NCBI GenBank assembly: GCA_035288545.1
Contig: DATEAB010000011.1
Location: 1-43,852 of the forward strand
Source: an archaeon
Lineage (GTDB): Archaea; Aenigmatarchaeota; Aenigmatarchaeia; CG10238-14; SCSR01
DNA length: 43,852 nt
Direction: 5' to 3'
Both the position numbers and the translations under genes were made by a program. Shown piece by piece: positions 19,102 through 26,783 of this stretch. Within the stretch, counting starts at the first letter, position 1. Each line of letters starts with the position of its first letter. Under the pieces are notes generated by a model. That model ran no database searches. It was not told the DNA's origin and saw nothing but the letters and a program-made list of their open reading frames with translations.

Positions 19102-20919
19102 TTAGATTTTTTTAAGGATAAGAATATTAAATAGCAAGAGTAGAAGTGTTGCGATGGAAATCAGATAAAAGACCGAAAAGTATTCCGGATCCTCGAACTT
19201 CATTGTTATTTTGCAGCTTCCGACAAAGTCGCTGTTGAATTTTATCAGGCCGTTCTCATCGTAGGAAATTTCCGGATGGTAGTTGTTGACCGCAAGTTTC
19301 CACGAAGGATGATAACTTTCCTTAATTACGGCGACTCCTTTCTGGCAGCTACTGTCTATTTCTATCGTGTCCCCGGATTTTGCAACCTTGCTCTCTACGG
19401 AATTTCCGTTGAACTCGACGTATGTGGATTTAGGAACAATCTCGTACGCGACGAACATGCTATCGTTCAGAATCTGCTTGAACCTCGGATTCTTGAAATA
19501 GTTCACAAACTCTTCCGAATTTTTATTGACGACCACATAGTTGATGTAGCCAGCCTTCAGAAGCGTGTAGTAATCGTCCTTGTTTGTGCCGAGAGGATGG
19601 CTGACAGTGTCGATGTAATTCGACTTCTCTCCTGCCGCCTTTCCAATGAGCTGCGATTCGTCATGCCACCCCCTGATGTTTTCCTGGTCATTCATCGGCG
19701 ACAAAATCACAGAGTAAAAGTTTTTCATCTCGTTCGGGCTGTTGGTATATGCTGAGCCAAGAGGGAAGAAAATAACCCTTCCGTCATTAGGAATGTTCGG
19801 ATATTCTGGAAAATCGAAAACTTGTGGTCGAATTAGAAGATAGGTCGCGACCAGCAGCAGGACAAAAAATGCCGAAACTATGAGGCGGAATTTTTTATTA
19901 ATCAGGCTCAGACCTTCTGCCGCGATGAACGAGAAAGGAACAGCCATGAAAATCACCGAACGCTTGTAGCGGACGAAGAAGAACATGAACAGTATGAATA
20001 ACGCGAGAAGGATGAAGTCGCGGGTCGTTTTGTCCTTGTAACGCGTCAGCGCGAGCAGCGAAATGACTGCCATGAAGGCGGCGAGAACAATGAGGAGAAT
20101 CGGTTCTAGGCTGCTCGCATAAAATGGGGACTGCAGAACGGATGTGCTGATGCGGTAAGTTATGTCGCCAAGATACACGTCTCCGACAGCGCGCAGGAAC
20201 AGGCCGCTTTCGTCAGTCGTCAGGGTTTCAAGGAAGAACGGAGCGGACCACCATGCCGTGAGAGCGAGCGTCAATACTCCGACCGAGGCAAGTTTCTTTA
20301 TAGTTCCGAAATTGGTTTTGTATATCAGCGCCCATGCAGAGGAAATCATGACGAAGAGGAAAGTTGTGGTGTGGTGAGTGAGGAGCGACAGGGTGAGCAG
20401 CATCGACGCTATTGCCAGGTTGAAAAATTTTCCGGTATCAAGGCTTCTCTTCAGAAATTTCCAGTAAAGAATCGAGAAGAAAACATTTATCAGAGTCGGA
20501 AATCTTCCGTCGGCAAGAAAGTATGCAAAAATCGGGATAAAGGAAAATGTCAGTAGCGCAACCAGTTCTTTTTCTTTCGTAAGTTTGAATTCCCTCATGA
20601 AGGCGTAAAACGCCAGCGGCGACAGCACTAGGAACAAATCATTCATGAATTTGTATGCAAGAAGAACGCCGGCAACTTTTGCCAGCGCGCCTGTAATGAG
20701 GAAAGCGACCGGCGGGTAATATCGAAAGAAAGGATAGCCCGCATACCAGAAGTTGTTCCACTTCATGAGCCCTTGCGTGACGACGAACCAAGTGTTCGAC
20801 AGGAAGTGGGCCACGTCCGTGCCGCCAGGGATGAGAGTGTTGTCAAGAGGAAATGCCGCGACAAACTTCACGACGACGATAGCGACCAAAGAAATTATTA
20901 AAAGTTTATCTGCCTTCAT
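19102..20919 (-). CDS. Large polytopic membrane protein with a C-terminal extracytoplasmic domain; possible GT-C-like glycosyltransferase
   Basis: 605 aa. The N-terminal loop reads PLDNTLIPGGTDVAHF, followed by many TM segments, a ~200-aa soluble region and a final TM helix. The function is inferred only from this architecture and its position between a PMT-like gene and aglB. Confidence 0.45.
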   Translation of the reverse strand: MKADKLLIISLVAIVVVKFVAAFPLDNTLIPGGTDVAHFLSNTWFVVTQGLMKWNNFWYAGYPFFRYYPPVAFLITGALAKVAGVLLAYKFMNDLFLVLSPLAFYAFMREFKLTKEKELVALLTFSFIPIFAYFLADGRFPTLINVFFSILYWKFLKRSLDTGKFFNLAIASMLLTLSLLTHHTTTFLFVMISSAWALIYKTNFGTIKKLASVGVLTLALTAWWSAPFFLETLTTDESGLFLRAVGDVYLGDITYRISTSVLQSPFYASSLEPILLIVLAAFMAVISLLALTRYKDKTTRDFILLALFILFMFFFVRYKRSVIFMAVPFSFIAAEGLSLINKKFRLIVSAFFVLLLVATYLLIRPQVFDFPEYPNIPNDGRVIFFPLGSAYTNSPNEMKNFYSVILSPMNDQENIRGWHDESQLIGKAAGEKSNYIDTVSHPLGTNKDDYYTLLKAGYINYVVVNKNSEEFVNYFKNPRFKQILNDSMFVAYEIVPKSTYVEFNGNSVESKVAKSGDTIEIDSSCQKGVAVIKESYHPSWKLAVNNYHPEISYDENGLIKFNSDFVGSCKITMKFEDPEYFSVFYLISIATLLLLLFNILILKKI

Positions 20920-20964
20920 ATCAACTACTATTAAAATATAAACGTTAAATTTTATGTGTTAAAC
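20920..20964. promoter_or_regulatory. Very short divergent promoter region between the 605-aa membrane protein gene and aglB
   Basis: The 45-nt (or 36-nt) spacer atatcaactactATTAAAATATAAACGTTAAATTTTATgtg carries back-to-back TATA-like A/T boxes. That leaves room only for leaderless or very short-leader transcripts. Confidence 0.4.
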
Positions 20965-23031
20965 ATGCAAAGCTTTTTGAAACCCATCTTTAAAAGAATT
21001 GAAATTCCGCTTCTGCTCGGAATAATCGGACTGGCGATTTTTCTCCGGCTTACGACGGCAAACGTCTCGGAACTGCTTGATTACGACCCGTGGTGGTTCT
21101 TCAGGCACGCGCAGGAGATTCTCAGCAACGGCTTTCTGCCTCCCAAGTGGGACATTCTCAGTTATTTCCCTCCAGGCCGCGCGGTCGATTATCAGCTCGG
21201 CTGGCCTTACACTATTGCAATTTTCTACAAGCTCACGCAAAGCGTCATGCCGGCGCTGACTCTCACGCAATTCTCAATTTACTGGATAGCAATTTTCTCC
21301 GCTGTTTGTGCAGTCCCTGCATATCTCGTCGGAAGAATGGTCACAAACAAGTGGGGAGGGCTCGTCACAGCTTTCATTTCAACTATATCGATAACTTTTC
21401 TCGCAGTCTCGATGGCAGGCTATCCGGACTCTGACGCGGTCGACGTCTTCTACACATTCCTCACGATTCTCACAACTCTTTACGCGATAAAGCAGGACCC
21501 GAAGACGAAGAAGGGAATTGCCGCAATACTCATCGCCGTCGTCAGCTACTGGCTCTTCGCTTTCAACTGGAACAGCAGCTGGTACATCTATTACATCTTC
21601 CTCGGCTTCATTCCGATTTACCTCTTCTTCCAAATCGTTGAGTCATTGATATCTAGGCAGCCTGTCGCAGTAGGAAAAAAAATAAAGGATGCCATGCCGA
21701 TCATCGTCGCAATTATTTTGACAGGCGTTATAGGAACTGCCGCTTCATTCCTCACTGAAGGTTGGCCTTTCAATACGATCAACCCAATACAGCAACTTCT
21801 CAACGGCTTCAATTTCCTCAGCGGCCAAGCCCTCATCGTCAACATCTCAGTCGCAGAGCTGCAGCCGATAAACGTTTTCTCGCGCGAGGGACTTCTTCAA
21901 GTTTTCAGCCGCGTCGGCTTCGCTCCGGCAATTCTCGCACTGCTGATTTTTCCATTCCTCTTCATCAAGTTCTGGTACAAGAAGAAAATCACGCTGATGG
22001 AGTATTTCGTAATCATCTGGATGATTTTCTCACTCTGGCTCATCACTCGAGGCGTGCGTTTCTCATTGCTATTTTCCCTGGCAGTTGCGACTTCTGCCGG
22101 CTTGATTATTGGCGAGCTCGTTGAATTTCTGAAACAGAAGAAGAATTTGTTTTTGGTTGCCACAGTCTACGGGCTGATAATTTTCGGAATGATTTGGTAT
22201 GTTTCCGACTCGCTGCAATTCTCTCAAACAACCAGCGGGCTTGACATCGGCGACAACTGGAGGCAGGCATTGAACTGGATAAAGGACAGCACTGACAAGA
22301 AAGCGCTGATCGCGACATGGTGGGATCCTGGCCATATCATCACAGGCTTTACAGGTCGCCGCGTGCACGCCGATGGGGCGCACTGCACTCCGGAAAGCTG
22401 CATTCCTTACAACCACAACGTCCGAATACAAGACATGGGCCGCATATTCGCGACAAGCAACGAGGATGAGTCGCTACAGATTCTGAAGAAATACGAGCAG
22501 CTCACGCCGCAGGATTGCCAGCTAGTAAAAACTACTTTTGGAAGCGTTGTTCCTGACGAGGCGTGCGACAAAGTTCCTGAAATGTATCTCATTGCCAGCG
22601 CAGACCTCATCGGCAAGTACTACTGGCTGAGCTTTTTCGGCACAGGAACGGGCAGGAGTTATGTCCAGCTTCCACTGTCGAACTATGGAGTCGACCAGCA
22701 GGGCAACATCGCAGCTTACTATTACGGCGGCGGGGCCATTGTTGTTGCGATAAGAAATGAGAGTTATGTCCCAATTTTGAACAACAAAGTGATTGCCAAT
22801 GAAATCATCTACTACAAGGACAACAAGCCGGTGACGCAGACTTTCAACACGTCAGACACAGTGCAGGGAACGGTGTGGGTCGAGCCCAGCTTCGGTTCGG
22901 CAATCTTCATGGAGCCAGACGTCAAAAACTCGGTGTTCACAAAACTCTTCTTCTTCGACGGCGAAGGTCTGAAAAACTTCCAGCTCGTCTTCAACAACGG
23001 CGAAGTTAAGATATTTAAAGTCAATTTGTAA
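20956..23031 (+). CDS. aglB: Archaeal oligosaccharyltransferase AglB (STT3 family)
   Basis: The first loop has LDYDPWWFFRHA (acidic DxD-type motif). The catalytic WWDxG motif is present as WWDPG at 22318-22332. There are 13-ish TM segments plus a C-terminal globular domain. The start may be ATG 20965 rather than GTG 20956. Confidence 0.9.
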   Translation: MLNMQSFLKPIFKRIEIPLLLGIIGLAIFLRLTTANVSELLDYDPWWFFRHAQEILSNGFLPPKWDILSYFPPGRAVDYQLGWPYTIAIFYKLTQSVMPALTLTQFSIYWIAIFSAVCAVPAYLVGRMVTNKWGGLVTAFISTISITFLAVSMAGYPDSDAVDVFYTFLTILTTLYAIKQDPKTKKGIAAILIAVVSYWLFAFNWNSSWYIYYIFLGFIPIYLFFQIVESLISRQPVAVGKKIKDAMPIIVAIILTGVIGTAASFLTEGWPFNTINPIQQLLNGFNFLSGQALIVNISVAELQPINVFSREGLLQVFSRVGFAPAILALLIFPFLFIKFWYKKKITLMEYFVIIWMIFSLWLITRGVRFSLLFSLAVATSAGLIIGELVEFLKQKKNLFLVATVYGLIIFGMIWYVSDSLQFSQTTSGLDIGDNWRQALNWIKDSTDKKALIATWWDPGHIITGFTGRRVHADGAHCTPESCIPYNHNVRIQDMGRIFATSNEDESLQILKKYEQLTPQDCQLVKTTFGSVVPDEACDKVPEMYLIASADLIGKYYWLSFFGTGTGRSYVQLPLSNYGVDQQGNIAAYYYGGGAIVVAIRNESYVPILNNKVIANEIIYYKDNKPVTQTFNTSDTVQGTVWVEPSFGSAIFMEPDVKNSVFTKLFFFDGEGLKNFQLVFNNGEVKIFKVNL

Positions 23032-23050
23032 TTCTTACCCTAGTGGTTCA

Positions 23051-24249
23051 ATGAAAATAATGATCAGTAGTGACTTGGCCCCACCCTACGTATAAAAAAG
23101 TAGAAAGGCGGCGGCGAGTCTTACGTCATCAACGTGGCGTCAGGAATGGTTAAGGAAGGACACGAAGTCCACTGGCTGACCGCACGCATACCGGACACTG
23201 CTCAAGACGAGGACTACAGCGGGATAAAAATCCACCGCACGCGAATACTTTTCCAGAAGCAGTACAAATTCCCAGGCCGCCTCACATACGCCTTCACATC
23301 AATCCCAGTCGCGGTCAACATGGCGAAAAACATGGACGTGCTCCAGTTCAACACGTTCGTCGCCGGCATCACGGGCTGGCTGATTGCAAAACTCGCACGC
23401 AAGCCGTCAGTCCTTTTCTGCCACGAGTTCTTCGGCCACAAATGGAAGCATCTCGGCCAGAATATCGTCGAGCGCACACTCTACCCGTACGTCGAAAAAC
23501 TAATCGTTCGCATGCCTTACGACGCGTTCGCATGCCCGTCTGAATACAGCAAACAGACTCTCATCGATGCAGGCGCCCCGGCAGACAAAATTTTTGTCAT
23601 TCCTCACGGAATAGATTTCGCGATTTTCAACTCCGAGTCGAGAAATAAGGGAGAAGAACTCCGCAGGAAACACGCGCTGGAAAATCACAAGCTGTTCGGC
23701 TTCACAGGCCGTTTGAACATAAAGAAAGTCGGCCACTCGAAAAACATCGTCGGCCTGCTCAAGGCGGCAAAAATTGTCATGGAAAAGATGCCAGACGCGC
23801 GGCTTGTCTTGGGAGGAAGCGGTTTTGAAGAACTCGGGCCAAAACTAAAAGAACTGGGTATAGAAGACAAAACAATCTATCTAGGCACACGCCCACGCGA
23901 GGAAGTTCCGCATTTCTTCAACATGCTCGACGTTGTCGTCTGTCCGGCGCTGGCAGAAGGTTTCTGCTTCATGATCGGCGAGGCGCTCGCATGCGGTCGC
24001 CCGTCAGTCGCGACAGCGCTTGGCGCCCACAACGAGAGGATTGTTCACGAGGACACAGGTCTGCTCTCGAGCGAAACCCCTGAGGCTCTTGCTGATGCGA
24101 TTGTGAAAATTTTGAACGACAAAGAAATTGCTGAAAAGTTTGGTCGCCGCGCAGCTGAAGAGACGAAAAAACTGACTTGGGAAAACTCCATCCGCAAACA
24201 TTTGGAAGTTTATCAGAAAGTCATGGATGAATATAAATCAAAGAAATAA
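23051..24249 (+). pseudogene. GT4-family glycosyltransferase with a disrupted 5' end (frameshift plus two stops), or truncated at GTG 23134
   Basis: ATG 23051 encodes MKIMISSDLAPPYV and then hits TAA (23093-23095). The expected continuation KGGGESYVINVASGMVKEGHEV is in another frame, directly after TAG (23101-23103). The remainder (23134-24249) is an intact GT4 with EGFCFMIGEALACGRPSVAT. Confidence 0.6.
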
Positions 24250-24261
24250 GAATTTTATTTC

Positions 24262-24468
24262 ATGAGTTTGCCACTCGTTCCTTTCGAGAGAATTTTGAAA
24301 AAGGCAGGAGCCAAGCGCGTGTCGCACGAAGCTCTCGAAGAATTTTCCAAAGTCATCGAGGACAAACTCTTCATCGTGGCTAAAGAGGCCTCCGCGCTGG
24401 CAAAACATGCAGGAAGAAAAACGATAATTTCTGAAGACATCAGGCTTGCGAGAAGGAAGATTTATTGA
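24262..24468 (+). CDS. Archaeal histone (HMf/histone-fold family)
   Basis: 68 aa: LPLVPFERILKKAGAKRVSHEALEEF...AKHAGRKTIISEDIRLA, the canonical histone-fold pattern. Confidence 0.92.
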   Translation: MSLPLVPFERILKKAGAKRVSHEALEEFSKVIEDKLFIVAKEASALAKHAGRKTIISEDIRLARRKIY

Positions 24469-24713
24469 GCTTTTTTCTCTCCTGAGCCAAAGAATGTGTC
24501 ATATGCAACAACTTTTGCACCGATTTCAGTGTAACCGCACCTTTCAAGCAACGTATTTTTGACTTCTGTTATACCCCTTCCCTCATCTCTCAAATATTTG
24601 GCGAACTTTCTTGCAGCCCTAGCAGATCCCTGCATACCGCTCGTTATTTTAAAATTCGGATTAGAAATAAGTCCTTTGTATAATTCGAGCGCTAACTCAT
24701 CCGTTCTAGTCAT
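24462..24713 (-). CDS. Hypothetical protein (83 aa)
   Basis: It fills the gap between the histone and NMNAT genes and has a plausible amino-acid composition. I recognise no motif. It overlaps the histone 3' end by 7 nt (convergent). Confidence 0.5.
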   Translation of the reverse strand: MTRTDELALELYKGLISNPNFKITSGMQGSARAARKFAKYLRDEGRGITEVKNTLLERCGYTEIGAKVVAYDTFFGSGEKKAQ

Positions 24714-24753
24714 AAAATTATCATGGACTAAAACTATTTATTCCACTTTCCTT

Positions 24754-25320
24754 TTACCATCTTTTGCTCATAATCAGCATTTTAATTCTATTCACACCAT
24801 CAATCTCCTCTATCACGTGCGCACTTCCATTCGGCACAAGCTCTTTCCATTTTTTATTTTCAGCCATCAATTTTCGAATTTCCTCAGCAGTTACATCCTT
24901 CTCGTAAATCGGCAAAGTCTCAATTTGCAACCCGGCATCTTGGAAGGCTTTGATTTTTCTCTCGTCCCAATCGCTCACGCCGATGCGAAAATGAACAGCG
25001 TCTTTCGGTATGTAGTCGTACCATTTTTCCGGATGCTCGAGCGGAAACGGAACGATGTTCACGCGCTTTAAATCAGCACCGGCGTCAATCAAACTTTCTT
25101 TTATCATTCTCATGCGTTCCTCGAACGTGAAAGGATTTTCTTCAGCGCTTTTCTTGAACTCAGTTATCCCGCCGACGATGCCGAACGTCATGCCGGTCTC
25201 GAAATTTCTTATCCCTACGTACAGCGTCTCGCAGCGTTCCATGCACATCATCACAGCTTTCAAGTGGCCCTTGTGGAACGGCTGGAAGCGTCCATAAAAA
25301 ACCCCGTTTTTGAATTTCAC
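24754..25320 (-). CDS. Nicotinamide-nucleotide adenylyltransferase (archaeal NMNAT type)
   Basis: FYGRFQPFHKGHL (HxGH nucleotidyltransferase motif), ENPFTFEERMRMI and EIRKLM...KWKELVP are co-linear with archaeal NMNATs. Confidence 0.85.
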   Translation of the reverse strand: MKFKNGVFYGRFQPFHKGHLKAVMMCMERCETLYVGIRNFETGMTFGIVGGITEFKKSAEENPFTFEERMRMIKESLIDAGADLKRVNIVPFPLEHPEKWYDYIPKDAVHFRIGVSDWDERKIKAFQDAGLQIETLPIYEKDVTAEEIRKLMAENKKWKELVPNGSAHVIEEIDGVNRIKMLIMSKRW

Positions 25321-25419
25321 TTTTATTCGTTACTCCTATGAATTAGAAATAGTTGCGAAAAGCTTAATTGTTCTTCCGGCTTAATAATTACGCTAACTTC
25401 CTTCCAGTTTGGTGGTTCT

Positions 25420-26448
25420 ATGGACAGCGAGCAAGTTATAGAAGAAATTTTAAAGAAGACGAGTTTCAGCAGAGACGAGATCAGGCAGAAAATCGAACGC
25501 AAGCAGAAGGAGCTTGGAGGTCTTGTGTCAGCGGAAGGCGCGGCGCACCTCGTTGCGAAAGAGTACGGGCTTGACTTGCTGAGCAACAGCGAGAAAAGAA
25601 AGCTCCAGATAAAAAACATCATAAGCGGAATGAAAAACGTCACGTTTGCAGGAAGGATTTTCCGCGTTAGCAACATAATCGATTTCAAGCGGGCGGACGG
25701 AAGCAGCGGCCGCGTGGTCAACGTCTTTCTCGGCGACGCGACAGGAGTTTGCAAGGTCGCGCTGTGGAACGACCAGGTCAGACTCGTCGATGAGGAGACG
25801 GTCAAAATCGGGGATGCGATACAAATAATCGGCGGGCTGGCAAAGGAAAATGTTTACGGGGATATGGAAGTTTCGCTAGGCAAATTCGGGAAAATTACAA
25901 CTGCGGACGGGACAGAACTGCCAACAACGGAGGAGCTGGCCAAAAACCTTGTATCACCCCAAATTCAACGAACGAACATTTCAAACATCGTGCCAGGAAA
26001 CTTCGAAGTGAAGGCAACTGTCGTCGACGTTTTCAAAGGAAATTTTATTTTTTCCGTCTGTCCTCTTTGTGGGGGCAAGGTCGAGATTAACGCTGCGGAA
26101 GGAAAGGCGAGATGTGCAGAGCATGGAGAAGTTGATGCAAGCAACGCGCTGGTAATTAATACGGTTGTTGACGATGGGACTGCCGATTTGAGGGCGATTT
26201 TCTTCCGCGACAAGGCCGAGAGGCTGATAGGCATGATTGCTGATGACATTGCCGTTTTGACTACAGAGAAAAGATACGAGTGGGCGAAAGAACGCGCGCT
26301 GGGAAAGGAGTTGCTACTCGTCGGAAAAGTCAAAAAAAACAAAGTATTTAACCGACTCGAGCTGCTCGTGGACGAAGTTAAAGAAATAAATCCTTTGGAG
26401 GAGAGTAAAAGAATAGCCGAAGAAATTGAGCTCAAGTTGGGTGTATGA
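25420..26448 (+). CDS. Replication protein A-like ssDNA-binding protein (OB folds + zinc ribbon)
   Basis: N-terminal helical domain, OB-fold segments (NVTFAGRIFRVSNI...VVNVFLGDATG..VALWND) and a Zn motif CPLCGGKV...RCAEHG. Confidence 0.85.
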   Translation: MDSEQVIEEILKKTSFSRDEIRQKIERKQKELGGLVSAEGAAHLVAKEYGLDLLSNSEKRKLQIKNIISGMKNVTFAGRIFRVSNIIDFKRADGSSGRVVNVFLGDATGVCKVALWNDQVRLVDEETVKIGDAIQIIGGLAKENVYGDMEVSLGKFGKITTADGTELPTTEELAKNLVSPQIQRTNISNIVPGNFEVKATVVDVFKGNFIFSVCPLCGGKVEINAAEGKARCAEHGEVDASNALVINTVVDDGTADLRAIFFRDKAERLIGMIADDIAVLTTEKRYEWAKERALGKELLLVGKVKKNKVFNRLELLVDEVKEINPLEESKRIAEEIELKLGV

Positions 26449-26783
26449 GTCTGGTGTGTGAAATGACTGAAATGAGCAAGCAAGAACTTGAAAACGCAAT
26501 AAGAAAAGTAGCAAAGGATAGTCAATTACAAACAAAACATATTTCAGCAGCTAAAGAATTAATTTCATTGTTATCTTACGCAACAAGCTCTTATAGACGT
26601 GTCGAAGAATATTTACAAAAATTACCTCCAAATATTAGAGAAGAAGTAATTGGTAATTTATCTTCAAAAGAGCTTATAGCCAGTGAAGGACCGAAATATT
26701 ACCTAACACAAAAAGGAGAACGTGAGGATATACTTCAAATAATGTTCGACAGTTTATTATCCAGTTACAAGAGGATGATATGA
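26445..26783 (+). CDS. Hypothetical small protein (ORF-A), possibly with a winged-helix C-terminus
   Basis: Its start overlaps the RPA stop and its stop overlaps the radA start (ATGA junctions at 26445-26448 and 26780-26783). It is markedly more AT-rich than its neighbours. The segment KELIASEGPKYYLTQKGERE resembles a wHTH wing. Alternative starts are Met7 and Met10. Confidence 0.6.
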   Translation: MSLVCEMTEMSKQELENAIRKVAKDSQLQTKHISAAKELISLLSYATSSYRRVEEYLQKLPPNIREEVIGNLSSKELIASEGPKYYLTQKGEREDILQIMFDSLLSSYKRMI

